From assembly GCA_038749355.1 (NCBI GenBank), contig JBCDID010000001.1:1-32085 (forward strand): a DNA stretch of 32,085 nt, written 5' to 3'. This document shows positions 19,395-28,686 of the stretch, piece by piece (positions within the stretch are counted from its first letter, which is position 1; each line of letters starts with the position of its first letter). The notes under the pieces were generated by a model that made no database searches, was not told the origin of the DNA, and saw nothing but the letters and a program-made list of their open reading frames with translations. Position numbers and translations under genes: made by a program. Source of the stretch: Pseudomonadota bacterium. Its GTDB lineage: Bacteria > Pseudomonadota > Alphaproteobacteria > Rhodobacterales > Rhodobacteraceae.

Positions 19395-20063
19395 GTGCTT
19401 CCAAAGTCGCCTATTTCAGCATTTGGGCATGAGCGCTTGCCAGGGATCGGGCACAATCTGGGTCCACCTCTGGATGCGCATAAGAGTTTCCGCCGGTTCG
19501 CTTGGAAGAAAGCGCGGGCGGAGCTCATGCCAAAGCTACCGCTGGAGGTCCTGAAACGCCGTGTTGCGCGGGCAAAGCAACTGGGGTTGGCCTATCCGCA
19601 ATACGCCTCGATCCTTCTTGGGACCGGGCGCGACATCGTAGGATTTCTGTTCACATGCAATAGCTTGGGGCTTCGACTTGATCGTGCTCTGGAGTTGCCC
19701 GCGACCGTGTCAGCAAAGCTGAATTCCATAGAGCGTTGCCAGAAACTGCTATTGAGCGAACCGGAGGACAACCCTCTGCGCCTTGCCACGCGGCTCGCTA
19801 AGGAGACGCAGATACACTTCGCCAGTGCGTCTCGTGCGCCGGGGGAGCCCGCGCGGTGGCCGGAGGGACGCGCCGCGATCCGGGCCGCGCTCGATCCGCT
19901 GAAACTGCCGTCCGATACGGTGGTGATGATTGGCACCCGGTCGGAAGAACGCGCCTGGGCGGACGCTGCCAAACTCGCGCGCTTCCTGCCTGCGGAACAG
20001 TACTTCACCGCTTCGCTTAGGTTTGTTTCGCGCTCCGCGCGACCCGGTGCATCACGCCCCTAG
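19395..20063 (+). CDS. Hypothetical protein (GIGHN motif)
   Basis: GTG immediately after the DUF1326 stop; GIGHNLGP, WKKARAELMP.LPLEV...RV.RA.QLGL.Y..YAS; the stop codon lies inside repeat copy 2. Confidence 0.7.
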   Translation: MLPKSPISAFGHERLPGIGHNLGPPLDAHKSFRRFAWKKARAELMPKLPLEVLKRRVARAKQLGLAYPQYASILLGTGRDIVGFLFTCNSLGLRLDRALELPATVSAKLNSIERCQKLLLSEPEDNPLRLATRLAKETQIHFASASRAPGEPARWPEGRAAIRAALDPLKLPSDTVVMIGTRSEERAWADAAKLARFLPAEQYFTASLRFVSRSARPGASRP

Positions 20064-20148
20064 CGGGGCTTTGGATGCACCCTACACAGCATGCGCTCCG
20101 ACTGCCCGCTTAGGGTGCATCCGCAGTCGTTTGCGACGCAGATGCACC
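20046..20148. repeat. GTAG-family REP inverted doublet, copy 2, both arms with nested hairpins
   Basis: GGTGCATC-[acGCCCCtagcGGGGCtttg]-GATGCACC-CTAC (20046-20085), 24-bp spacer, TTAG-GGTGCATC-[cgcaGTCGtttgCGACgca]-GATGCACC (20110-20148). Flanking hairpin TCGCGC-TCC-GCGCGA at 20028-20042. Confidence 0.88.
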
Positions 20149-20154
20149 AATGAC

Positions 20155-20700
20155 TCACTTGAACGCATTGGTGCCGTCTGGCGTATCAACCTCGTAGGTA
20201 TTTAGCGTCAGCGACACGAGCGCGTAGTAGCCGCAGAGGCCGACCACGTCCATTAACCCATCCTCGCCCAACACCTGCCGTGCGAGCGCGAACTCATCAT
20301 CCGACAGCCTGTGGCGAAGGTTCAGAGCCCGCGCGGTCTGGTAGACGGTCTTGGACTTCATGTCCTCGAACACAGGTTCACGATCCTCGCGGATTGCTTC
20401 GGTGATCGCCTCCGGCACACCCTCTTCATGCGCGAACCGCACATGGGCCCACCATTCGAACTCGGCCTTGTAGTGCGCGCCGGTGACCAGAATCGCGATC
20501 TCCGCCAGGTCCCGCGTCAGCGATGTATTGAACCGGAAATACTCGCCGAGCTTCTGCCCGGCCATGGCCATCTCGGGATTGGTGATCCAGGCAAGAAATG
20601 GTCCGCGGATTGACCCACGCGGCCCCGAAGTGATCGCGTCATGGACCTCCTTCTGAGCGGCACTCATGTCCTCGTAAGCAGGCGTCGCAAGGCGGCTCAT
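20155..20700 (-). CDS. Carboxymuconolactone decarboxylase / AhpD-like family protein
   Basis: GPRG...GPF..W, EIAILVTGAH..AEFEWWAH, VGLCGYYALVS; ATG 20700 overlaps the crotonase stop (ATGA). Confidence 0.85.
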   Translation of the reverse strand: MSRLATPAYEDMSAAQKEVHDAITSGPRGSIRGPFLAWITNPEMAMAGQKLGEYFRFNTSLTRDLAEIAILVTGAHYKAEFEWWAHVRFAHEEGVPEAITEAIREDREPVFEDMKSKTVYQTARALNLRHRLSDDEFALARQVLGEDGLMDVVGLCGYYALVSLTLNTYEVDTPDGTNAFK

Positions 20701-21488
20701 CGCGTCTTGCTCCAATCGGGTTTGCGTTTCTCCAGAAAGGCGGTGATGCCCTCCCGGCCTTCAACACCACCCAACGCGGTCGCAATCCCATCAGCCTCGG
20801 CATCCAGCTGATCCCTAAGCGATGCCGTTCGCGCCGAGTTGATCAGGGCCTTGCCCTTCGCCAAAGCCTGAGCGGGCATCTCAGCAATCTCGGCAGCCCA
20901 TGTCATGGCGGCATCCAACGCACCGCCAGGGTCGGTCAGCCGGTTGACCAGCCCCAAAGTATGCAGCCGTTCCAATGGGGTACGGTCGCCGGTGAACACC
21001 ATCTCCGACACCGTGTGCCGGGGCAGAGCCGTTCCCAGAAACGCGGTTGATCCTCCGTCAGGCGTCATGCCGATCTTGATATAGGCGACCGAGGCATAGG
21101 CATCGCGCGCACCCACGATCAGGTCACAGGCCGCCATGATGGACGCGCCCGCCCCAGCGGCACCGCCATCCACCGCTGCGATGATCGGCTTCGGGCAATC
21201 GCGCATGGCGTGGATCATATTGTGGAGCTTGTCGACCGAGGAGCGGCGCGTGTCATAGTCGGCCTCGGAACGTTCCTTCAGCCCATTGATGTTCCCGCCC
21301 GAACAAAAGAACCCACCCGCACCTGTCAATACGATCGCGCCCACAGCCGGGTCGGAGCCTGCCTCATCGACGACCTCGCGAAAGCCCTCATAGAACTCCC
21401 AACTCAGCGCATTCTTGGTCTTCGGGTCGTTGTTCACGGCCTTTAGGACGCGACCATGGCGCTCGACGATGATGCGTTGTTCAGACAT
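20697..21488 (-). CDS. Enoyl-CoA hydratase/isomerase (crotonase) family protein
   Basis: FCSGGN, KPIIAAVDGGAAGAG, IGMTPDGG, EGITAFLEKRKP. Confidence 0.9.
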   Translation of the reverse strand: MSEQRIIVERHGRVLKAVNNDPKTKNALSWEFYEGFREVVDEAGSDPAVGAIVLTGAGGFFCSGGNINGLKERSEADYDTRRSSVDKLHNMIHAMRDCPKPIIAAVDGGAAGAGASIMAACDLIVGARDAYASVAYIKIGMTPDGGSTAFLGTALPRHTVSEMVFTGDRTPLERLHTLGLVNRLTDPGGALDAAMTWAAEIAEMPAQALAKGKALINSARTASLRDQLDAEADGIATALGGVEGREGITAFLEKRKPDWSKTR

Positions 21489-22605
21489 CGGCAGTCTCCC
21501 GGGTCAGTTCGGCGAACCGGGCGAGATGGTGGTCGGTATCCCCAAACAGGTGATCGATCATCACAATGCGCTTGGCGAAGTGGGGCAGCGGCCACTCCCA
21601 GGTCATCGCGACGCCGCCATGCATCTGGATGGCTTCCTCAGCGACCAGCCGCCCGGCCCGGCCTACAAGGTTCTTCGCCGCTGAGATGTTGGTCTCCCGG
21701 GTCAATCGGTCGGCCTCAAGCGTGTTCGCGGCGAGCATGACTGCCGAGCGCGCCTGCTCCAGTTCCATCACAAGATCGACCATTCGGTGCTGTAAGACCT
21801 GATTGGCACCGATGGGTTTGCCGAACTGTTTGCGGTCCTTGAGGTAGGCAAGCGTCTGATCCTTGGCGGCCTCCATGGCGCCGATGGCCTCAGCAGAGAC
21901 CGCGAGTGTGCCCGCTGCCAGGGTGCGCTCGATCAGAGGCCAGTCGGAACCGGGTGTGCCCAGTGGCTCCGCCTGGGCTTTGGTCAAATGGATCTCGGCG
22001 ACGTGCGGCCCATCGATCGACTTGTGCCCCGTGATCTCAACGCCCGGCGAGCCCGGTGTCACAACGAAGCAGCCAAGCCCTGCTTCATCCGTAGGGCCTC
22101 CGCTCGTCCGTGCGGTGACCACGATCAGATCAGCAGTGGCGCCGTTCACGACCACCGCCTTGGCGCCTGTCAGCTCCCAGTGATCGCCGGCACGCTCGGC
22201 TTGGGTCTCGACATGGGTTGGCGTGTAGTAGGCGTCAGGCTCGGTTTGGGCGAAGGCCAGCAGCATACGCCCTTCCATCGCGGCCTCGATCAGTTCGCTT
22301 TGCCCATGCGCGGCCAACGGGATGGAAGCGAGCAGCGTCGGAAGGAAGGGTTCGACCACGATCCCGCGGCCGAGCGCCTCGAAGACCAAAGCGACGTCTT
22401 CACCAGTGCCGCCGAACCCGCCGTGGTCCGGGCCGATCAACGCACCGACCAGACCGAGTTCGCAGAACTGTGCCCAGATCTCGCGATTGAACCCATCCTC
22501 AGATCCCGTCGCCGCGTGGCGGGTCTCAATCGGGTATTGCTCGCGGATCATCCGGTCCGCTGTATCCTTGAGCATCTGGCGCTCTTCGGACAGTTCGAAG
22601 TCCAT
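21481..22605 (-). CDS. Acyl-CoA dehydrogenase, PimD-like small subunit
   Basis: MDFELSEERQML, RKQFGKPIG, AIQMHGG; C-terminus IDHLFGDTDHH lacks the usual IYxG motif. Confidence 0.88.
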   Translation of the reverse strand: MDFELSEERQMLKDTADRMIREQYPIETRHAATGSEDGFNREIWAQFCELGLVGALIGPDHGGFGGTGEDVALVFEALGRGIVVEPFLPTLLASIPLAAHGQSELIEAAMEGRMLLAFAQTEPDAYYTPTHVETQAERAGDHWELTGAKAVVVNGATADLIVVTARTSGGPTDEAGLGCFVVTPGSPGVEITGHKSIDGPHVAEIHLTKAQAEPLGTPGSDWPLIERTLAAGTLAVSAEAIGAMEAAKDQTLAYLKDRKQFGKPIGANQVLQHRMVDLVMELEQARSAVMLAANTLEADRLTRETNISAAKNLVGRAGRLVAEEAIQMHGGVAMTWEWPLPHFAKRIVMIDHLFGDTDHHLARFAELTRETADV

Positions 22606-22622
22606 GTTTTCTCCCCATCAAG

Positions 22623-22730
22623 GGTGCATCTCGTGCCGCAAGCGGCACTCTGGACGACACCCTACGCGGCGGTGGCCGCAGCTCTCCGTGTAGGGTGCAT
22701 CCAAGCGTTCCCGGGAACGCGTGATGCACC
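22623..22730. repeat. GTAG-family REP inverted doublet, copy 3, both arms with nested hairpins
   Basis: GGTGCATC-[tcGTGCCGCaaGCGGCACtctg]-GACGACACC-CTAC (22623-22665, degenerate stem), 24-bp spacer, GTAG-GGTGCATC-[caaGCGTTCCCGGGAACGCgt]-GATGCACC (22690-22730). Confidence 0.88.
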
Positions 22731-22736
22731 CCTGTT

Positions 22737-23936
22737 TCAGAAACCGAGCACCGCCTTGGCGATGATGTTCCTCTGGATCTCGTTCGACCCACCATAAATC
22801 GAGGTCTTGCGCACGTTGAAGTACCGCCGCGCCGCTCTTAGCGCAGGTTCCGGTCCCGGTGGCTCGCCATTCCATCCCGGATCAAACGCCTCCGCGATAT
22901 CGGGTGCAGCGTACGGTCCACAGGCCCGGCGCATCAGGTCTGTGCACTCCTGCAGCACCTGCGTCCCCTTGATCTTCAGGAATGAGCTTTCTGCTCCGGG
23001 CGCCTTGCCCGCCCCAGCCGAAGCGATGATGCGGTTATTGAAAACCTCGAGCGCTGCCAGATCGATCTCCACCTGCGCGAGCCGCGCCGCGAACATCGGA
23101 TCTTCCAACAGCGGTTTGCCATCCTTCATCTGCTTGGCCGCCGCCTGCCGGATCCCTCGAGTGGCAGCCTTCGAATTACCAACATTCGCAATCCCGGTCC
23201 GCTCAAAGGTCAGCAGGTACTTCGCCAGGGTCCAGCCCTTGTTCTCCTCGCCCACGAGGTTCTCGACCGGGATCTTCACATCGGTCAGGTAGACCTCGTT
23301 GACCTCGTGTTCGCCTTCGAGCGTGTAGATCGGGCGGACCTCGACTCCGGGTGTGGACATGTCGCACAAGAGGAACGAGATGCCCTCCTGCGGTTTCGCG
23401 GCATCCGGATCGGTCCGCACCAACAGGAAAATCCAGTCGGCGAAATGGGCAAATGTTGTCCATGTCTTCTGGCCGTTCACCACGTAATGATCGCCTTTGC
23501 GCACGGCCTTGCAGCGGAGCGATGCAAGATCCGACCCGGCCCCCGGTTCCGAATAGCCCTGACACCAGAACTGCTCATCATTCAGGATCTTCGGCAGGTA
23601 CTCGGCCTTCTGCGCCTCCGAGCCAAACTGGATCAGCACCGGCCCCAGCATGTTCAGCCCGAAGGGCACAATGCGTGGCGCGCCAGCCGCCACGATTTCC
23701 TCGTCGAAGATCGCCTTCTGCGCAGGCCCCCATCCGGTCCCGCCATGTTCCACCGGCCACATCTGCGCGAGCCAGCCCTTGGCGCGCAGGATCGCGTGCC
23801 AGGTGAGGTAGTCCTCCTTTGCCAGCCGCGTACCCTTGCGGACTTTCTCGACCAACGCAGGCGGCAGAGCCTCAGCCAAATAACTGCGAACCTCGTTCTG
23901 AAACGCGCGTTCCTCTTCGGAATATGTCAGGTCCAT
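22737..23936 (-). CDS. Acyl-CoA dehydrogenase, PimC-like large subunit
   Basis: WCQGYSEPGAGSDLASL, NGQKTWT, GEENKGW..AKYLLTFER, SIYGGSNEIQRNII. Confidence 0.92.
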   Translation of the reverse strand: MDLTYSEEERAFQNEVRSYLAEALPPALVEKVRKGTRLAKEDYLTWHAILRAKGWLAQMWPVEHGGTGWGPAQKAIFDEEIVAAGAPRIVPFGLNMLGPVLIQFGSEAQKAEYLPKILNDEQFWCQGYSEPGAGSDLASLRCKAVRKGDHYVVNGQKTWTTFAHFADWIFLLVRTDPDAAKPQEGISFLLCDMSTPGVEVRPIYTLEGEHEVNEVYLTDVKIPVENLVGEENKGWTLAKYLLTFERTGIANVGNSKAATRGIRQAAAKQMKDGKPLLEDPMFAARLAQVEIDLAALEVFNNRIIASAGAGKAPGAESSFLKIKGTQVLQECTDLMRRACGPYAAPDIAEAFDPGWNGEPPGPEPALRAARRYFNVRKTSIYGGSNEIQRNIIAKAVLGF

Positions 23937-23945
23937 AGCTGCCTC

Positions 23946-25100
23946 CTAAAGCGTATCCGCCGTGCCCCAGATGGTCGTCACCTGGGACGAGAGCACACCC
24001 CCATTGCCGTGCGCAAGGCAGAGCTTGGCGTCAGGGATCTGTTGCCCCGGCGCGTCGCCGCGGGCCTGCCGGATCGCCTCGATCATCACGAACATGCCGT
24101 ACATGCCCGGGTGCACGCAGGACAGGCCACCGCCATTCGTGTTCACTGGCAGCTCCCCGCCCGGCGCGATCCGACCGCCCGAGACGAAGTCCTTGCCCTC
24201 GCCCTTCTCACAATACCCGAGATCCTCCAGGAACAGGATCGGGGTGATGGTGAACGGATCATAGAGTTGCACCGTGTCCATGTCGCCCGGCTGCATGCCC
24301 GCCATCTGAAAGGCGCGCCAACCGGAATCCGCGGCACAAGTCGTCGTGAGCGTCGGCATGGTCGAAATCATGCGGTGATCGTGCGCCATCGCAGCCCCCA
24401 ACAGAAAGACGGGCTTCTGCCGAGAGTCTTTCGTGCGGTCTGCGCGGGTCATCACCATCGCCGCAGCGCCGTCCGTCACAAGGCAACAATCCAGCTTGCC
24501 CAGCGGGTCCGAGATCATCCGCGCGCTCAGCACGTCGTCGACAGTCAGCGGATCGCGGGTGAAGGCCTCTGGGTTGTGCGAGGCCCAACCGCGGGCGGCA
24601 ACAGCCACCTCCGCCAGATGTTCCCGCGTCGCGCCGAACTCATGCATGTAGCGTGCAGAGGCCAGCGCGTATGCCGTGATGGGATTGCGCGGCTCGTATT
24701 GTGCCTCGTAGGGCATCGGCTCAGAGACGGACTGGAACCCCCCAGCCGTGCGCTGGTTCGACCCATAGGCAATGACCGCCACATCCACGAGGCCCGCATC
24801 CAGAGCCATTGCCGCATCCAAAGCATGCGCCATGAAGGACGACCCACCGATGTTGGATCCTGAGGAGTACTTCGGATGAATGCCCAGATGCTCGGCCAGC
24901 GACATGGCGGACATGGAATGCACGGCGGTCGCGGCCCAGATCCCGTCAACGTCCGAGAGCTTCAGGCCCGCGTCCTCGATTGCCTTGATGACGGCCACGC
25001 CCATCAACTCGGTCGAATTCCAGCCCGGCGCCTCGCCGCAACCATGCGTGGCCGCTCCGATACACGCCGCTTTGCCACGGAGGTGTGAAAGATCAGCCAT
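23946..25100 (-). CDS. SCP-x/Ltp2-type thiolase-like protein
   Basis: DCCLVTDGAAA, QLYDPFT, LEDLGYC.KGEG, NTNGGGLS.VHPG, LAHGNGG; no Cys at the N-terminal nucleophile loop (NIGGSS). Confidence 0.88.
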   Translation of the reverse strand: MADLSHLRGKAACIGAATHGCGEAPGWNSTELMGVAVIKAIEDAGLKLSDVDGIWAATAVHSMSAMSLAEHLGIHPKYSSGSNIGGSSFMAHALDAAMALDAGLVDVAVIAYGSNQRTAGGFQSVSEPMPYEAQYEPRNPITAYALASARYMHEFGATREHLAEVAVAARGWASHNPEAFTRDPLTVDDVLSARMISDPLGKLDCCLVTDGAAAMVMTRADRTKDSRQKPVFLLGAAMAHDHRMISTMPTLTTTCAADSGWRAFQMAGMQPGDMDTVQLYDPFTITPILFLEDLGYCEKGEGKDFVSGGRIAPGGELPVNTNGGGLSCVHPGMYGMFVMIEAIRQARGDAPGQQIPDAKLCLAHGNGGVLSSQVTTIWGTADTL

Positions 25101-25233
25101 TAGCGCGCCCTCCTGCGGTCAGAGCGGTACGGGAGGTCCGGGCGCCACGGCGCGCGCAGCCCGGACGGGCGAGCACGCCAGGTATCTCGTGTGAACGCAC
25201 GCCAGTGCGTGAACTCCGTTTGACCCGATCCAT
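25093..25233 (-). other. Hairpin-rich intergenic insert that reads as a 46-codon ORF bridging the DUF35 gene and the thiolase-like gene
   Basis: ATG overlaps the DUF35 stop (TGATG) with GGAGG upstream; stop overlaps the thiolase start (ATGGCTGA). Contains stems GTCCGGGC/GCCCGGAC and ACGCAC/GTGCGT. Confidence 0.45.
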
Positions 25234-25598
25234 CACACCACCTCCCAGAAGACAGCGGGCGCACCGTTCAGATCTTCGATCTTGGCACGCACCTTCTGAC
25301 CGATTTGCACCTCTGTGGGATCGACGCCGACGACACGCGACATCATCCGCGGCCCCTCGGCCAGATCGATGAGCGCCACGTTGAACGTGCCCCCTTTTTC
25401 GGGCGAACGACGGTTGGCCGTGCTGGAATAGACCACACCCTCGCCCGACGCTTCGACCCATTCGAGATCCGTCTCCCCTGTCCCCGGCACGAAGGCACGC
25501 GGATAGAAGACGTAGACCCCGGTCGACGCCGATCGCTGGATCATGAATTTGCCCTCGGCAAGATACGCCCTGAATTGTGCTTCCGGTCCCATGTTCAC
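25233..25598 (-). CDS. DUF35 / ChsH2-like OB-fold protein (zinc ribbon without Cys)
   Basis: IQR....G..VFYPR, LEWVEASGEGVVYS, VALIDLAEGPRMMSRVVG, IGQKVRA; just upstream of the thiolase-like gene; GTG start overlaps the upstream stop. Confidence 0.88.
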   Translation of the reverse strand: MNMGPEAQFRAYLAEGKFMIQRSASTGVYVFYPRAFVPGTGETDLEWVEASGEGVVYSSTANRRSPEKGGTFNVALIDLAEGPRMMSRVVGVDPTEVQIGQKVRAKIEDLNGAPAVFWEVV

Positions 25599-26584
25599 TC
25601 CGCTGCTTCTGCTGTTGCGAGGCCCAGCCGAGCGCGGGCCGCCAGATACTCCGCCTCCAGCCGCTCGACCATCGCCGCCGCGCTCTCAACTGCCTTGATG
25701 GCGGCAATGCCCTGCCCCGCTCCCCAGATCTCCTTCCAGGACTTGGGCTTCGATGACCCGGAGGAGAAGTTCATCTTGGTCGGATCGCTTTCAGGCAGGT
25801 TGTCCGGATCCATTCCGGCCCGCGTGATCGAGGGCTTCAGATAGTTCCCATGCACACCGGTAAAGAGGTTCGAGTAGATGATATCGTCAGATGTGCACTC
25901 GACCAGCATCTGCTTGTACTCGGGCTGTGCATTCGCCTCCTCGGTCGCGATGAAGGCGGTACCGATATACCCGAGATCCGCACCCATGGCCTGAGCCGAC
26001 AGCAACTGATTGCCTTCGGAGATCGCGCCGGACAACAGCACCGGCCCGTCGAACCACTCCCGGATCTCGGAGATCAGCGCGAAGGGCGAAATGGCCCCGG
26101 CATGTCCCCCGGCCCCGGCAGCCACGGCGATCAACCCGTCAGCCCCCTTGTCGATGGCCTTCTTGGCGAAGAAGTTGTTGATGATGTCATGCAGCGCGAT
26201 GCCGCCATAGGAATGCACCGCCTCGTAGACCTCCTCGCGCGCACCAAGCGAGCAGACACAAATCGGCACCTCGTGCTTGACCATGATCTCCATGTCGCGC
26301 TGCAGGCGGACATTGGACCGGTGCACGATCTGGTTCACGGCGAAGGGTGCGGCTGGCCGGTCCGGGTTCGCCTGATTGTGCCGGTCTAACTCCTCCTTGA
26401 TCCGGGTGAGCCACGCATCGAGTAATGGCGGTTCGCCCTCGGCCTCCCGAGCGTTCAGCGCCGGGAAACAGCCTGGGATGCCAGCCTTGCACTGGGCAAT
26501 CACCAGCTCCGGGTTCTGGATGATGAACAGCGGTGCCCCGAAGGCCGGGATACGCAGGTTCTGCAGGATGGGAGGGAGCGCCAT
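25595..26584 (-). CDS. Nitronate monooxygenase / FabK-like FMN oxidoreductase family protein
   Basis: APLFII, FPALNAR, AVNQIVH.SN, GAGGHAG, GTAFIAT.EA, WGAGQG; ATG 26584 coupled to the upstream stop (TGATG). Confidence 0.88.
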   Translation of the reverse strand: MALPPILQNLRIPAFGAPLFIIQNPELVIAQCKAGIPGCFPALNAREAEGEPPLLDAWLTRIKEELDRHNQANPDRPAAPFAVNQIVHRSNVRLQRDMEIMVKHEVPICVCSLGAREEVYEAVHSYGGIALHDIINNFFAKKAIDKGADGLIAVAAGAGGHAGAISPFALISEIREWFDGPVLLSGAISEGNQLLSAQAMGADLGYIGTAFIATEEANAQPEYKQMLVECTSDDIIYSNLFTGVHGNYLKPSITRAGMDPDNLPESDPTKMNFSSGSSKPKSWKEIWGAGQGIAAIKAVESAAAMVERLEAEYLAARARLGLATAEAAE

Positions 26585-28662
26585 CAGGTCCTCTTCACGA
26601 TCAGCGCGTCCAGCGCGACGCAATCATGCTGGCGCGCGCGGACGGGGTTCATTTCGACGGATTCAAGCGTGTCGGCATGGGCGGCTGCGAAAAGCGAGAG
26701 TTTCGATATCGCCTCGGCCACCGCATCCATATCCACCGGGTGTTTGCCGCGATAGCCCTTCAGCAAGGCGACGCCCTTCAGCTCCTCGACCATTTCACGG
26801 GCGGTCAGCTCACTGACGGGCGCGCGGCGGAAAGCGATATCGGCAAAGATCTCGGTGAAGACACCGCCCAGCCCCGCCATGACCACCGGGCCGAAGACCG
26901 GGTCCACCTTTGCGCCCAGGATCAACTCGACGCCACCGTTGACCATTGGCGAGACGATCACCCCGTCGATATGCGCGTCCGCCTTGTAGTGCGTCGCGTT
27001 GGCGGTGAGCTGGTTGTAGGTCCGTGCTGCCATGTCCTCGGTAATGTGGAGCGCCACGCCGCCGGCCTCAGTCTTGTGCAGGATGTCGGGGCTCGCGATC
27101 TTCATAGCCGCCGGGCCGTTCAGCGCCGCGACGGCCTCGTGCGCTTGGCCAGAGGATTTGACCAGCACGTCCTCGACCATATTTAGACCCGCCGCCGCCA
27201 GCACCGCCTTGGCCTCGTGTTCCCCCAACGCACCGTCCGGCAAAGACGGCAGGGCGGGGACGGCAGGCGCCGCAGTCGTCCCCCGCACAAAGCTCTGGCC
27301 GAAGAACATGGCCGCTGCCATGGCGTTAACGGCCCGCGAGGGGTCCTCATAGCAGGGATACCCCTCATCCTCGTATTGCGAGATGATTTCATCCGGGCCG
27401 ATGATGGATTGGATGAAGAGCGTATCGTCCCGGCCTTCCATCGCCGCATTCAACCGGGCGATCAGCTCGCCCGAAAGCGTCGGGTTCCCAGCCACGGACG
27501 TCCAGAACCCGACCAACCCGTCATAGCCGCCCTTGTCGAGCATCAACGCGGTGAACCGGTCGATCAGCGAGAGGTCGTTGAAGAACTGCGCGGTCACGTC
27601 CACCGGATTGCGGGGACCTGCGAACGGCACGACCTCCTTGATGGCAGCCTGCGCGTCCTCCGGCATGGGCGCGATGTCGAGGTTCGCATCCTCGGCCGCA
27701 TCCGCCATCAGGATCCCACCCCCGCCCGAGATGGTCACCAGGCCCACCTTCTTGCCTGCCGGATAGATGCGCGGGCGGCAAGCGATGGCGGCGTCCAGCA
27801 TGTCTTCGGTGGACCGCGCGCGGTAGCAGCCGCCCTCGCGTAGGATCGCGTCATAGACTGCGTCTTCCCCTGCCAGCGAGGCTGTGTGAGAAGACGCTGC
27901 CGCCGCCCCTGTCGCCGTGCGCCCGACCTTCATCATGATGACCGGCTTGCGGTTGGCGCGGGCAACTTCCAGCGCATCGACCAGCATCGGCCCGTCCTTG
28001 ATGGACTCGGTATAGGCCATGATGGAGTGCACGTCCTCGGCCTCGGCCAGCAGGCGGATCGCCTCGGCGGTGTGGACGTCGGCCTCGTTGCCGGTGGTTA
28101 GCCAGTAGTTGATGCCAAGGCGTTTCTTGCGGGCTGCCATGTAGATGTGGCTGCCATAGGCGCCGGATTGAGAGGCCACTCCGATATTGCCTTCGAGCGG
28201 CGGGGCGTATTCCAGCGAGGAGGTAAACGTGGCGTAGAATTTGTGGGCATGATTGAAGACACCGAGGCAATTGGGGCCAATGATCCGGGTGCCGGAGGCG
28301 AGCGCGAGTTCGGTCAGTTCCGTTTGCCAGGCAGCACCCTGCTCGTCGACCTCGGCAAAGCCAGAGGAGAAGATCATGACGCACTTCGCCTGCTTGGCGA
28401 TCGCCTCCTTCATGACGCCGATGACGTGGGGCGCAGGCACGGCGACGAGGACAAAATCAACGGACCCAGGCACGTCCGACAGGGTCGGATAGGCCTGAGC
28501 GCCCTGTACGAAGTCCCGGTTTGAGTTGACCGGGTAAACCGGACCATCGAACCCGTAGTTCAAGAAGTAGTTCAGCGGTCGCCCACCGATCCGCGCGGGG
28601 TTGTCCGATGCGCCAACCACAGCGATGGAGGCAGGTGCAATGAGGTCGTCGAGTGTCGTCAT
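26584..28662 (-). CDS. Acetate--CoA ligase family (NDP-forming acyl-CoA synthetase, fused alpha/beta)
   Basis: SIAVVGAS, IIGPNCLG, SQSG, TGNEAD, phospho-His ASSHTASLAG, NPVD, ATP-grasp KIASPDILHKTEAGGV, DPVFGPVV. Confidence 0.92.
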   Translation of the reverse strand: MTTLDDLIAPASIAVVGASDNPARIGGRPLNYFLNYGFDGPVYPVNSNRDFVQGAQAYPTLSDVPGSVDFVLVAVPAPHVIGVMKEAIAKQAKCVMIFSSGFAEVDEQGAAWQTELTELALASGTRIIGPNCLGVFNHAHKFYATFTSSLEYAPPLEGNIGVASQSGAYGSHIYMAARKKRLGINYWLTTGNEADVHTAEAIRLLAEAEDVHSIMAYTESIKDGPMLVDALEVARANRKPVIMMKVGRTATGAAAASSHTASLAGEDAVYDAILREGGCYRARSTEDMLDAAIACRPRIYPAGKKVGLVTISGGGGILMADAAEDANLDIAPMPEDAQAAIKEVVPFAGPRNPVDVTAQFFNDLSLIDRFTALMLDKGGYDGLVGFWTSVAGNPTLSGELIARLNAAMEGRDDTLFIQSIIGPDEIISQYEDEGYPCYEDPSRAVNAMAAAMFFGQSFVRGTTAAPAVPALPSLPDGALGEHEAKAVLAAAGLNMVEDVLVKSSGQAHEAVAALNGPAAMKIASPDILHKTEAGGVALHITEDMAARTYNQLTANATHYKADAHIDGVIVSPMVNGGVELILGAKVDPVFGPVVMAGLGGVFTEIFADIAFRRAPVSELTAREMVEELKGVALLKGYRGKHPVDMDAVAEAISKLSLFAAAHADTLESVEMNPVRARQHDCVALDALIVKRT

Positions 28663-28686
28663 GTTGTTGCTCGCTTCGCGCGCCCC

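Noticed and set aside
23946-25100. Calling this thiolase-like gene the missing pcaF
   Set aside because: It is SCP-x/Ltp2-type, lacks the catalytic Cys of PcaF-type thiolases, and lies in a different operon.
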